DNA of 63,573 nt, counting the filler, from an uncultured Methanosarcinales archaeon (GTDB lineage: Archaea > Nanobdellota > Nanobdellia > Woesearchaeales > CAZKBD01), in the NCBI GenBank assembly GCA_964550945.1. It is 5 parts of 5 records of this genome, joined end to end, with 100 filler letters (N's around TTAATTAATTAA, not from the genome) between each part and the next. Parts side by side here need not be neighbours in the genome. Positions count along the whole stretch, not along the records: positions 40,256 to 53,378 come from CAZKBD010000053.1; positions 53,479 to 63,573 come from CAZKBD010000068.1; 3 more parts are not named here. The stretch is one strand, 5' to 3'. Shown here in pieces: positions 50,861 through 60,997 of this stretch. The position numbers and the translations under genes were made by a program. Each line of letters begins with the position of its first letter. Position 1 is the stretch's first letter. Below the pieces are notes generated by a model that worked only from the letters and a program-made list of their open reading frames with translations, searched no databases and was not told the origin of the DNA.

Positions 50861-51835
50861 ATGTCCTCAGTTAAATTCGTCAAGCAGAAAAGCATTCATT
50901 TGCTAGATGGTTTGCTGAAAGAAGATTTAGGCCTTATTTTCAAAAAAGGAGAAAAAATCGCTATAAAACTCCATATGGGTGAGCCAAAAAATAAGCACTT
51001 CATCAGCCCTAATTTTGTTAAAAAAGTCGTTGATATTCTAAAAGAAATTGGTGTTAAGCCTTATCTGTTTGACAGCCCGGTTATGTACTCAGGCCCTAGG
51101 GATACAGAAGAAAAATACCTCAAAACAGCAGAAAAAAACGGTTTCAATAAATCAAATTGCCCAATCATAATATCAGATGAAGCTGTTCCATATAAAACTC
51201 AAAACTTAAATGTTGAAGTTTGCAGGCCATTGATTAAAGCTGATGGAATCCTTGTTCTAAGCCACGTAAAAGGCCACGCTTGCTCTGGTTTTGGTGGAGC
51301 AATAAAGAATCTAGGAATGGGCGGTGTTACAAAAAAAACCAAAGAAAACATACACACAGCCAGCCAGCCAATAACTAGCGATTTATGCAAAGGCTGCGGC
51401 ATTTGCGCTGAAAACTGCTTTTGCAATGCAATGAAAATCGAAAATGGAAAAGCCATCTGCAATTATGAGGATTGCTGGGGATGTGGAATCTGTATAAGCT
51501 ATTGTCCTAACGACTCTTTAAAGCCAAGAGTAGCAAGCTTCGATAAATTACTGGCAGAATCAGCTTATGCTGTTGTGAAATCAGTTAAAAAATCATTCTA
51601 CATAAATTACCTATTTGACATAACCAAATGGTGCGACTGCGCTTCTGACCCAGGCCCAATAATTGCAAAAGATTTAGGGATTTTATTCAGCGATGATATA
51701 GTGGCAATTGACAAAGCAAGCGTTAATCTGGTAAACAAGGCAATGGATAAAAATGTCTTCCTTGAAGCAAATAAAAAAAGCCCCTTAATCCACATTAAAG
51801 AAATGGAGATTTTATTGAAAAATGATTATAGTTGA
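50861..51835 (+). CDS. DUF362 protein with 2x[4Fe-4S] domain
   Basis: AIKLHMGE, SHVKGH..SGFGGAIKNLGMG, CKGCGICAENC, CWGCGICISYCP. Confidence 0.92.
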   Translation: MSSVKFVKQKSIHLLDGLLKEDLGLIFKKGEKIAIKLHMGEPKNKHFISPNFVKKVVDILKEIGVKPYLFDSPVMYSGPRDTEEKYLKTAEKNGFNKSNCPIIISDEAVPYKTQNLNVEVCRPLIKADGILVLSHVKGHACSGFGGAIKNLGMGGVTKKTKENIHTASQPITSDLCKGCGICAENCFCNAMKIENGKAICNYEDCWGCGICISYCPNDSLKPRVASFDKLLAESAYAVVKSVKKSFYINYLFDITKWCDCASDPGPIIAKDLGILFSDDIVAIDKASVNLVNKAMDKNVFLEANKKSPLIHIKEMEILLKNDYS

Positions 51836-52597
51836 TACACATTCTCATCTTGATCATGAAGATTTTAATAAAGACCTGGCTGATGTTATAAAAAGAGCAG
51901 AGCAGGCTGGCGTCAAAGCCATTATCAGCTGCGGCATTGATAAAGCCACCAACAGAAAAACGCTTGAGATTGCAGAAAAATTTAATCTTGTCAAGCCCGC
52001 GTTAGGAATCTATCCAATTGACGCATTAGAGCGATCTAATATCCCTTTTGATGTTGACCAGGAAATAGAGTTTATAGGGCAAAACAAGGACAAGATTATC
52101 GCGATTGGCGAATGCGGCCTAGACTATTATCACGGAAAAGACAAGAAAAAACAAAAAGAGGTATTCCTGAAACTTTTAGATATTGCGAAAAGGATTAGAA
52201 AGCCGATGTCAATCCACTCAAGAAAAGCTGAAAAAGACGTTATTGAACTCTTGNNNNNNNNNNCTTGGAATGTTCTTCCTTAAAAAAGAGCCAGATAATT
52301 CTCCATTGCTTTTCCGGAAAAAAAAGCCTGATAACCAAGGCAGCCTCACATGGATGGTCTTTTTCAGTGCCAACAAATATTGTCAGGGCAGAAAACTTCC
52401 AGAGCTTAGTTAGAAACGTTGATTTAAGCCAATTATTGACAGAAACAGACGCTCCGTGGCTAAGCCCTTATAAGGAAAAAAGGAACGAGCCTGCCTTTGT
52501 CATTGAAACAATAAAAGAGATTGCAAAGCAAAAAAGCCTTGATTCAGAAGAGGTTGCTAATAACATATTTATGAACTACCAAAAAATATTTCTATGA
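51822..52597 (+). CDS. tatD: TatD-family DNase, interrupted by a 10-N gap
   Basis: DTHSHLD, IGECGLDY, IHSR, ILHCFSG, LTETDAPWL. Confidence 0.93.
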
Positions 52598-52656
52598 AAA
52601 AAACAAAATATTATTCTTACAAATTAGGAAATCTGCCAAGAGGCTGCCAGTTATGA
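52594..52656 (+). pseudogene. 5' stub resembling an archaeal radical-SAM gene
   Basis: ATGA-coupled to tatD; MKKTKYYSYKLGNLPRGCQL*. Confidence 0.5.
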
Positions 52657-52819
52657 CAAAATCTTTAATTTTTCAATTTTTCTTCATTTCAAGTCACATC
52701 TACCGTAGTTCAACTAGCAAATTATGATTTCTGCTCATTAGCACTGGACATTCACGCGTAGCGCTTATAAACAGAAACCATTTACCTAGTTTCACCAAGT
52801 TAATTTTTGGTGATTTAAA

Positions 52820-53331
52820 ATGAAATTTAAAAAAATCGACAATTTTAATTCAAATAAATATGAAGCCATCCATTTTTGGAATCTTAGATTAAATAAACTC
52901 TATTTTAAGTTAGATGAGGAGTATAATCACCTCTTTTATAGCAAAGTCTACTCATATTTTAAAAATAGTTTCAGAGTTGGAGATTACCTCCTGAATATTT
53001 CTAAGAAATATGGAATTAAAACCAATCCAAAAAATTTGGCAAAAGATTTAGAAACTACAAATCAAATGGATGGATAGCCGGATGGTTTTTATATGAATTG
53101 GCCAAAAAGGTCAATCTAAACCTCAAAAAAATCGAAGACAACATAATCCTATACAAATTAACTAATGGTGCTCAAATGGAAAATCCAAAATTACCAATTA
53201 TAACCAATCCAGAGTTTTATTCTATTGTTGCCAACCTAATGTGCGACGGAACAGATAGAGTTTGTAGGGGTTATCGAGTTGGAAGATATTCTAAGTTTAA
53301 TTCGGATTTGATGATTTTATTTCATAACTAA
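52820..53331 (+). pseudogene. Frameshifted, truncated LAGLIDADG endonuclease-like gene
   Basis: Two ORFs joinable by a 1-nt shift near 53048; PIITNPEFYSIVANLMCDGT helix. Confidence 0.6.
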
Positions 53332-53378
53332 ACTTTCACAGTTTATTTAAATAGGCGTATCTATTTATGCCTATATGG

Positions 53379-53478
53379 NNNNNNNNNNNNNNNNNNNNNN
53401 NNNNNNNNNNNNNNNNNNNNNNTTAATTAATTAANNNNNNNNNNNNNNNNNNNNNNNNNNNNNNNNNNNNNNNNNNNN
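53379..53478. other. Artificial contig linker
   Basis: N-run + TTAATTAATTAA + N-run. Confidence 0.98.
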
Positions 53479-53692
53479 ACAAGATATTCTCTTTGTTTAC
53501 CTGTTTTAATAAATCATTTATGATCAGATACATCAAGGAAGTTTTTCCTCCCCGCCTTACCCCCAATATCCCAACTATCTCTTTTCTTTCAACCCATTTT
53601 ATTATTTCTTTTTTTAATTCTCTATCAATGAGATTAAACTGGGTTTCTCCTTGCCACCAGGGGTTCCATTTAGTTAGTATTTCACTGTCCAT
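53479..53692 (-). CDS. AAA_14-type ATPase, 5' part cut by contig end
   Basis: WNPWW...GVRRGGKTS. Confidence 0.85.
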
Positions 53693-53844
53693 ATCAGATT
53701 GTAATCGAACAATATTTATAAATCTTTCGATTATAATCGAATGATTATGTTAATAGCCTGGCTGTAAAACACAAACTTTCACTTTTCAAAGAAATGTTTA
53801 TAAACACATCCGTATTTGCATACTGCGTTGTAAGGGTGATTTAT

Positions 53845-55971
53845 ATGGAAAAATATGATAGTAGTTCAGGTGAATCAGGAAGTTATAATACATTACGAAC
53901 TGTAGCTCAGTCTTTAGTTGGCCATTTAAAAGATATTTCTAGAGTAGGGGTTATCACTGGAGCTGGCATCGCAGCACTTATAGGCGGATATTCATTGCCT
54001 GCGCATGCATCCAGGACTGATGCTCCGATGATAGCAGCAGTTAGTAGTATGGCAAATTCAATTATTCCTAATTTAGGTACTGATTCCGATGGTGATGGAT
54101 TAAGCGACGATTTCGAAAATGATGCCTTAGGAATTAATGGTTACACAACTAATCCAAATAGCGTTTCTTCTAATGGTTACGGGTTTCATGATAATATCTG
54201 GACTCATGGAACTGGTCCCGGAGTAGGCTACAATCTTATGGACTACAGCCAAAATGTAAGCGCAGTTGCTGCCAAAGCAGGAACTGCTGATATTCCAGTC
54301 TGCTGGAGCAGTGATGGAACAGCCCTTTATTTCATGAGGTCAAATACTGATGGAACAACTCCTCAGGTCTGGAAAGTCACAAGGGGAGATCCAGCCTCTG
54401 CAGCTAGGATTGCTGATAATGCAGGGGTTGCATATGGATTAAACCGCGGTGCACCTAATTTTACCAATGATGGAATCTACGTTCACTTTCGCACAAGTTC
54501 AGAACCAGGCAACTATGGAGGAGATATCTATGAAGTTTTTGATAATGCAACTGATCCTAGGTTAGTTCTGCAATTTCCAGATGGAAGAAAAGCAGGAAGC
54601 CTCGATGCCAGGACTTACTCGGCAATTGGAGATGTTATCCTAACTCAAGTTTATGAATCTAATAACTCTTCAGCGCATATTGCTGCATTTAGAATTGAAG
54701 GAGGGGTTGCTAATTTAGATAGCGAGAACAAGGTTGCAGATGCATTAGAAGGCTCTTACCTTTCTAATGCTTGGGCTCTTTTTCCTATTATTAGTCCAAG
54801 TGGCCAAAATCTAATATGGACCAATGTAGGGTATTACGGAGATCCTGATTATCCTTATATGAATGCAGTTCTTGTTAGCACTAACAATGACCTTGAGTCT
54901 AAGATATCAACATCAAGTTATTATATCCACGCCCATGACACTTCTGGTTCTAGAGTTTTAGATACAAAACCTGGCTTGTTAGGGGTTGGTTGTTTAGGTG
55001 AAGGTACATATTTAGTTACTGATGACAGATCACTTCTTTCTATTGGTGCAGTCAGGGAGGGAACGTATGATATACTAAACCCTTTAAATTTTTCAGGAAC
55101 TGATTTTGATATTAGGATTATTAACGAAACCACAAGCCAACAGACGTTTATTAGAGCTATGGGCAACCAGTATTTTCCTGCGCTAAACAAGCCAGATAAT
55201 ATTATTGCGTATACTGAAACTGATGGGGCAAGCTTTGCCCTTAAGTTGGCTAGTTTAGAAACAAGGGTGTACATTAGTTCAAGTGCTGGGGACGGCGTTG
55301 ATGAAAGAATTGAGTATGTTGACTCAAGCGGCTCTCTGAGAACAATTGAGCAAGGAACTCCAGTTATTACTCCTTTTGGTGAATTAACACTTACAACAGT
55401 GCCTTCTATTGACTTAACAGCTACTATTGCAGAACTAGAGCCCATTGCAAGCTTGCATAACGGGCCTGATGGAACAGTGTTTGGAACAGCAAAGCAATTA
55501 GGCCACGAGACTGTTGAAAAGCCGATTAATCAGTATATTCTTGATAAATTAGGCGCAACTATTAATGATGTGGCTGTTTATGACAATTTAGGGATCCCTA
55601 TAGATGTCATATCCACAAATCCAGCTATTCCTTCTGTTACTGTCCATGTAAACCATTATTCGGATATTATATTTGGTGTTAGAAGCGCATCAAACCCCGA
55701 TTCAGACCATGATGGCTTGGCAAACATCGTTGAAACCAACACAGGAGTTTATGTCAGCCCAACAAACACAGGGACAGACCCTAACAATCCGGATACTGAT
55801 AACGATGGAGTCAATGATGGAATAGAAGTTCAATTTGGATACAACCCTTGCGACTTAAACGATACACCGCAACTTCCATCTGCATTGAATACCGGATTAG
55901 CAGCGCTGGCCGCAGCATTAGCTGGAGCTGGAGCATTCGCTTTAAGGCGCAGGGAAAGCACAAGGAATTGA
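53845..55971 (+). CDS. Secreted surface protein with TolB-like region, Ca-binding DxDxDG repeats and C-terminal membrane anchor
   Basis: Signal ending AHA; DSDGDGLSD, WSSDG, DSDHDGL, DTDNDGVNDG; LPSALNTGLAALAAALAGAGAFALRRR tail. Confidence 0.8.
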   Translation: MEKYDSSSGESGSYNTLRTVAQSLVGHLKDISRVGVITGAGIAALIGGYSLPAHASRTDAPMIAAVSSMANSIIPNLGTDSDGDGLSDDFENDALGINGYTTNPNSVSSNGYGFHDNIWTHGTGPGVGYNLMDYSQNVSAVAAKAGTADIPVCWSSDGTALYFMRSNTDGTTPQVWKVTRGDPASAARIADNAGVAYGLNRGAPNFTNDGIYVHFRTSSEPGNYGGDIYEVFDNATDPRLVLQFPDGRKAGSLDARTYSAIGDVILTQVYESNNSSAHIAAFRIEGGVANLDSENKVADALEGSYLSNAWALFPIISPSGQNLIWTNVGYYGDPDYPYMNAVLVSTNNDLESKISTSSYYIHAHDTSGSRVLDTKPGLLGVGCLGEGTYLVTDDRSLLSIGAVREGTYDILNPLNFSGTDFDIRIINETTSQQTFIRAMGNQYFPALNKPDNIIAYTETDGASFALKLASLETRVYISSSAGDGVDERIEYVDSSGSLRTIEQGTPVITPFGELTLTTVPSIDLTATIAELEPIASLHNGPDGTVFGTAKQLGHETVEKPINQYILDKLGATINDVAVYDNLGIPIDVISTNPAIPSVTVHVNHYSDIIFGVRSASNPDSDHDGLANIVETNTGVYVSPTNTGTDPNNPDTDNDGVNDGIEVQFGYNPCDLNDTPQLPSALNTGLAALAAALAGAGAFALRRRESTRN

Positions 55972-55972
55972 G

Positions 55973-57370
55973 TTATCCTTTCTTTAATATTTTATCTATA
56001 TCTTTCAAATCAAAGCAACTAACCTTTTTGCCATTATATTCTTTAATCTTTTTAAGAAAGGATTTAGAAAATATAGCGTAGCTTTCAATTCTATTGTTGC
56101 TCTTCCATTCTACTCGTTTTGATTTTTCTTCTAATTCTTTCAGAATTTCTCTTGCGTCAACACGCTCTTTCCATTTACACTCAACCAAGAGGATGTTATG
56201 GCTCTTTTCGTCGAGTGCTACGCAATCTATTTCCGTATTTTTGTTCCACCATCTTCCAAACCTGTTATATGGCCCTATTTTGGTTAGGGGAATTAGTTCC
56301 AATACTAACTTCTCAAACTTCCTGCTTATGTAGCTGTTTATTTCCTGTTTAGCAGCTTCTAGAACATTTTTTGTTTCCCCCATTTCCAACTCTTGCCTGT
56401 ATAGATATACAAATCTAAACCAAAAGTCAAAAAAGTTGTCCTTCAGCAAGTATAATGACCCTTTTGACTTTAATTTTGATTTATAATTCTCTGTCACAGG
56501 CATTATCCGTTCAATTATCCCTAAGCTCTCAAGTGTATAAAGATATTTAGATAACAGGCTCTTATCCAGTCTTGTCCGGTCATAAATATCGCTGAATTTT
56601 GTTAGTCCACCTGCAATTGATGAGATTATAGACATATAATTGGAAGGGTCTCTAAATTCCTCTCTTAACAATATCTCAATCTCTTCATATAAGAATTCCC
56701 CCTTGGAGAATATCCTATCCCGTATATTCTCAAGCACATCTTTATCCTGAGAGAACTTTACTAAATAGCCAGGTATGGTGTCTAAACAAGAGTACAGCTT
56801 AATTATCTCTTCTGCACTATATTTTGGAAAAAATTTTTTTAGGCAGGGCGCATCCATTTTTTCTATCTTCCACTGTCCAGTCCTCCTGCCATATAACGGA
56901 CTTTTGAGATCTAAAGTATATTTTTCCATCATGCTTATGCTGGAACCGCATAAAATAAGCATTATTTCAGAGAATTTTAATTTTGAGTCCCATTTATCCT
57001 GTAATATTGAGATAATCTCTGGGAATCTTTCTGCTAAAAATGGAAATTCATCAAAAACAAGAACTATTCTGCCTCTTGCCTTTTCAGCTACATAGTCAAA
57101 AATTCCATCCCAATTTGTAAATGGGTTGTTTAGTATATTTTTGTCATTAAAATTCTCAATTAGAAGATTATTGAACCTTTTTAAAGTACCCTCTCTTGAC
57201 TCAAGCCTCCCAATAAAATACATGTACTTCTTGCCTTTGCAAAAGTTCAATATAAGCTCTGTTTTGCCTATCCTTCTTCTTCCATAAAGTATTATTAATT
57301 CAGCCTCTTTCGAAGAAAATCTTTCTTCCAAAAATTTAAGTTCCCTTTCTCTGTTGATAAATGTCATCAT
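55973..57370 (-). CDS. Archaeal ATPase (ATPase_2 + DUF234-like PD-(D/E)xK tail)
   Basis: FINREREL, YGRRRIGKT, FDEFP, PLYGRRT, EIDCV...VECKW. Confidence 0.92.
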   Translation of the reverse strand: MMTFINRERELKFLEERFSSKEAELIILYGRRRIGKTELILNFCKGKKYMYFIGRLESREGTLKRFNNLLIENFNDKNILNNPFTNWDGIFDYVAEKARGRIVLVFDEFPFLAERFPEIISILQDKWDSKLKFSEIMLILCGSSISMMEKYTLDLKSPLYGRRTGQWKIEKMDAPCLKKFFPKYSAEEIIKLYSCLDTIPGYLVKFSQDKDVLENIRDRIFSKGEFLYEEIEILLREEFRDPSNYMSIISSIAGGLTKFSDIYDRTRLDKSLLSKYLYTLESLGIIERIMPVTENYKSKLKSKGSLYLLKDNFFDFWFRFVYLYRQELEMGETKNVLEAAKQEINSYISRKFEKLVLELIPLTKIGPYNRFGRWWNKNTEIDCVALDEKSHNILLVECKWKERVDAREILKELEEKSKRVEWKSNNRIESYAIFSKSFLKKIKEYNGKKVSCFDLKDIDKILKKG

Positions 57371-57453
57371 AAGTATATACTCATGATTCAACTATTTAAA
57401 TGTTTCGGTTTAAGATAGGCATGATTATCAGATAAATACGCCAAATATTGGCA

Positions 57454-57677
57454 TTTATGTCAGCCCAACAAACACAGGGACAGACCCTAACAATCCGGAT
57501 ACTGATAACGATGGAGTCAATGATGGAATAGAAGTTCAATTTGGATACAACCCTTGCGACTTAAACGATACACCAGAACTTCCATCTGCATTGAATACCG
57601 GATTAGCAGCGCTGGCCACAGCATTAGCTGGAGCTGGAGCATTTGCCTTAAGGCGCAGGGAAAGCACAAGGAATTAA
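57454..57677 (+). repeat. Orphan 3'-end copy 2 of the surface protein gene
   Basis: 224-bp direct repeat of 55748-55971 with about 6 differences. Confidence 0.97.
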
Positions 57678-57742
57678 GCCTTTTTTTCTGATTATTAAAT
57701 CATAATGAGCATATCTTAAAGTATTAGAAGCAGCTAATTTTT

Positions 57743-58501
57743 TTACTTGGACAATATAGTATCAAAAACCCTCTTGATTTCTTCAGCATCATGGCCTATC
57801 TGAATTCCAGCTTTGGAGTAATCTTCCCTGTTTATGATTTGATGACATTTTTTGAGATTCTGCTTTTGGACATATTTTAGAAGGTTGATTTTCTCAACAT
57901 TTAATCCAGTATACCAAGCTAAGGAGAATATATCACAAATGTCTTTTATCCGCTTATGCTCCTTATCCCTGCAAGGAAGAGAGTTTATCTTCATTGCCAA
58001 CAGAAGCTCTGGTTTTGGAAGTAATAATTTCTTTTCAAATTCAGTCAGGAGTATATAGCCATTTTTCTCAAAAACAAACTTAAGCAAAGGCTCGTCAATT
58101 GGATCAAATCCAAATATTTTCCTAAAATCCTTAGGAACCTTATCCACAATCAAATCCACACACATTGGAAATATGAAATGAGCAGGGATTATCTCTCCAT
58201 CATTTATTTCCTCTTCAGTTTCAGTATAAATCTCTTTAACAAACCTAAAACTTAACGGCTTAAAATTGAGATTTTCTACCAGCGTTTTAATTGTCTGTGC
58301 TAATGTGGATTGCTTGCCTATATTAAACCCTAAATCAATATCCCTGCTCCCCAAATAGGGCCTTCCTTGCGCTTTCTCAAATCTGTTATTAACATGAAAG
58401 AAAACCGCCCAGCCACCTAGTATGCAGATTGGCTCTTTTAGACTGTTGATTACATCTTTAAGATATCTGTATGATGTCCTTGTCTCGAATTCTTTGTACA
58501 T
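57743..58501 (-). CDS. AbiEii-like nucleotidyltransferase toxin
   Basis: ILGGWAV, SRDIDL, LLAMK, KRIKDICD. Confidence 0.8.
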   Translation of the reverse strand: MYKEFETRTSYRYLKDVINSLKEPICILGGWAVFFHVNNRFEKAQGRPYLGSRDIDLGFNIGKQSTLAQTIKTLVENLNFKPLSFRFVKEIYTETEEEINDGEIIPAHFIFPMCVDLIVDKVPKDFRKIFGFDPIDEPLLKFVFEKNGYILLTEFEKKLLLPKPELLLAMKINSLPCRDKEHKRIKDICDIFSLAWYTGLNVEKINLLKYVQKQNLKKCHQIINREDYSKAGIQIGHDAEEIKRVFDTILSK

Positions 58502-59070
58502 TATATCCTTTTCATCAGCATTTCAGCTGCCTCTTGGCATGGTCCGCCTTCATTAGTAAGATCTACTATAAGCTGAGGTACTGAAACTATAAACATATCA
58601 TTTATCTTTCTTTTGCCGTACATAACCTGTTCATCAGTTATTATAATCCTGAAATTTCCCCTCCCATATAACCCCCTTTTAGTTATCAGTCTATGCCATT
58701 GTTTTAAATCAGCTTCTTTTATGTATATGTCTACTCGTGAAGGAAAAAGGTGGTGTTGCACAATGTTTTCAGCCTGATAAGTTGTTAGAGCATAATCTAA
58801 TTTAGATACTTTAAGAAGTTCCAATGGTTCTTTTACCATATAACCCCTGAACCTCTTTGGCTTCTTTGAGATGGTGATCCAATAACCTATAAGTTTTTTC
58901 CTGTCAATAGGCGTTGTATATCTAACAAGCTTCTTCTTTTGTAGCTCTTTCAGGAAAAGAATAACCCACTGTCTGGTACACCCTGCACGCTTTGAGAGGT
59001 CATTCTTGCTTAAAGCTTCCTCGCTGTTAAGCAACACTCTTAATATCCTTTCTCGTTTATCGCCTCGCAT
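58501..59070 (-). CDS. wHTH + AbiEi-like antitoxin
   Basis: N-terminal HTH; YALTTYQA...VDIYI...VSVPQLIVDL...EAAE. Confidence 0.78.
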   Translation of the reverse strand: MRGDKRERILRVLLNSEEALSKNDLSKRAGCTRQWVILFLKELQKKKLVRYTTPIDRKKLIGYWITISKKPKRFRGYMVKEPLELLKVSKLDYALTTYQAENIVQHHLFPSRVDIYIKEADLKQWHRLITKRGLYGRGNFRIIITDEQVMYGKRKINDMFIVSVPQLIVDLTNEGGPCQEAAEMLMKRI

Positions 59071-59103
59071 ATACCTGTAAGTATAGGGACTTGTATATAA
59101 ATG

Positions 59104-59121
59104 TTACTTACATGTAAGTAA
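59104..59121. promoter_or_regulatory. Perfect 18-bp palindrome, likely operator of the antitoxin
   Basis: TTACTTACATGTAAGTAA next to a TATA-like sequence. Confidence 0.65.
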
Positions 59122-59161
59122 TATAGAGGATTAATAAACGATAGTTCGGTCAGAGATAATT

Positions 59162-59366
59162 TGTCAAAAACCACTCTTCAGAGATGAGTAGTATGATTGT
59201 AGCATAGCTAGCATCATTCAAGTGGTTCATCAAAAATCTTTGATTTTTGACTGTGCTCAGAAATGCAAAGCATTTCTGACATTTGAGCATGCTCAGAAAC
59301 TTTCCATATCACAAAGGAAGATTGGCTTTCAGCCACCAGTTAGAAACTGGTGGAAAGTTTCTGACA
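59162..59366. mobile_element. Nest of three hairpin elements
   Basis: TGTCAAAAACCACT...AGTGGTT[54-bp insert 59228-59281]TTTGAGCATG, head-to-head with CATGCTCAGAAACTTTCCA...TGGAAAGTTTCTGACA. Confidence 0.75.
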
Positions 59367-59398
59367 TTTCTATTGCAACTATTTTTGTAATTGGCTTA

Positions 59399-59569
59399 GA
59401 CAATGATGGAGTTCTAACAAGAGATGAACTAACTTTTGGTTATAACCCCTATGACCAAAATGATGTTCCAATCTTGCTAACATCAACACCTATCGGATTA
59501 GCAGCGCTGGCCACAGCATTAGCTGGAGCAGGGGCATTCGCCTTAAGGCGCAGGGAAACAAGAAATTAA
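59399..59569 (+). repeat. Orphan 3'-end copy 3 (diverged)
   Basis: Encodes DNDGV...FGYNP...GLAALATALAGAGAFALRRRETRN*. Confidence 0.92.
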
Positions 59570-59674
59570 ACCTGTTTAACTGGATTATTTTTTCTTTGAA
59601 TATATCTTCTGAGAGCGCAGTAATTGGCCCAAAAATAGAAATATTTATAAAGTATAACTCACATTATACTTATT

Positions 59675-60880
59675 ATGATTATAGATAGGCCAAATGAGAT
59701 AAAAAGAATAAATGAAGTAAACAAATGGATTTTAGTATATGGCAGGAGAAAGACCGGAAAAACATTTATTATTAGCAACTTTATCAGGCATGATGAATAT
59801 TTTTTTGTTAAAACAAATAAAACTATCCTGACTAAGAAAAACGAGTCTTTAAGTTACGATACTTTTATTGAGCTCTTGAAGAGAGACCTTAATGATGGGA
59901 AAGTTGTTGTAGTTGACGAATTTCATAGGTTACTTGACGACTTTTTTGATTTCCTCCATTTTACAGAAAAAAAAGGAAAGCTAATACTAATCTCATCAAC
60001 TTTGTTTCTATCGAAAAAATTGATATCCAGCAAATCTGCGCTTTTGGGCTTATTTACAGAAATCCCTATCGGATTGATAAGCTTGGAAGATTCTTTAAAA
60101 TCCCTAAAAAGGCTTAATTTTACTAAGAAGGATAAATTGGAATTGGCAATTTTATTAAAAGAGCCTATAGCAGCAGAGTATATTGACGAGAAGAAAACAG
60201 CCAGAGAAACAATTAGCACGATTCTTGCCGGATCAGTTAGGACAATCCCCGCATTAATAGGCGAGATATTTAGTGAAGAAGCAAGGGAAATCTCTGGGGT
60301 ATACGAAGGCGTATTGAGGGCCATTGCAATCGGTAAAATTAATTCTGGAGAAATATCAAGCTACCTTTTTTCAAAAAAGCTCATCAAAAAAGATGATCCT
60401 AGCATAATTCAGCAATATTTGAATAACCTTCTTCTATTTGGAATTATAAAAAGAATAAAACTTTTCAATAAAAAGCGGTTTGTGTATAAGTTAGTATCGC
60501 CTTTATCCAGGATCTATTATTATGCTGATGAAAAATATAATATCTCTGAAAGAAGAAATAGTGAGGAAGAATTAAAGAGAATCATTGATGAATTAATGCC
60601 CAGAATTGTTGAGGATTCTGTCAGAGAACATCTTGCTGAGAAATACGGCTTAATAGAAAGCATAATAGAAGAGAAAGACTATGATATTGACGCATGCCTA
60701 TTGAAATTTAAGTCTATTGAACTGGCAGTTGAGATCAAATGGAAGAAGATTGATAGAGAGGATATCAGAAAAAGCGAGGAAACCCTATTGAAAATCAAAT
60801 CAAAAGGAAGGATTATTTTTGTACCTGACAAAAAGGGCATAAAATCAAATATTGAGCTTTTTGACGTTGATGATCTCTGA
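59675..60880 (+). CDS. Archaeal ATPase with PD-(D/E)xK-like tail
   Basis: YGRRKTGKT, VVDEFH, DIDA...VEIKW. Confidence 0.88.
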   Translation: MIIDRPNEIKRINEVNKWILVYGRRKTGKTFIISNFIRHDEYFFVKTNKTILTKKNESLSYDTFIELLKRDLNDGKVVVVDEFHRLLDDFFDFLHFTEKKGKLILISSTLFLSKKLISSKSALLGLFTEIPIGLISLEDSLKSLKRLNFTKKDKLELAILLKEPIAAEYIDEKKTARETISTILAGSVRTIPALIGEIFSEEAREISGVYEGVLRAIAIGKINSGEISSYLFSKKLIKKDDPSIIQQYLNNLLLFGIIKRIKLFNKKRFVYKLVSPLSRIYYYADEKYNISERRNSEEELKRIIDELMPRIVEDSVREHLAEKYGLIESIIEEKDYDIDACLLKFKSIELAVEIKWKKIDREDIRKSEETLLKIKSKGRIIFVPDKKGIKSNIELFDVDDL

Positions 60881-60922
60881 CTTATTCACGCATGATTTTC
60901 TAGGAAGCAGCCCAAAAATAGA

Positions 60923-60997
60923 GGATTAGCAGCTTTGGCATTGATGTCAGCAGCAGGAGCATTCGCCTTAAGGCGCAGGGAAAGCACAAGAAATTAA
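60923..60997 (+). repeat. Orphan 3'-end copy 4 (short)
   Basis: GGATTAGCAGC...GGAGCATTCGCCTTAAGGCGCAGGGAAAGCACAAGAAATTAA. Confidence 0.9.

Noticed and set aside
51822..52597. Split or frameshifted tatD
   Set aside because: The break coincides with a 10-N scaffold gap
13416..53478. Repeated TTAATTAATTAA within N-runs, and gene neighbourhoods across them
   Set aside because: Artificial all-frame-stop linkers; contig lengths descend (at least 13415, then 13332, 13208, 13123), indicating size-sorted concatenation
55748..57677. Diversity-generating retroelement TR/VR pair
   Set aside because: Only about 6 differences, not confined to adenines; no reverse transcriptase in the window
59222..59569. 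115-aa protein
   Set aside because: Chimeric frame made of hairpin elements plus an orphan 3' gene end
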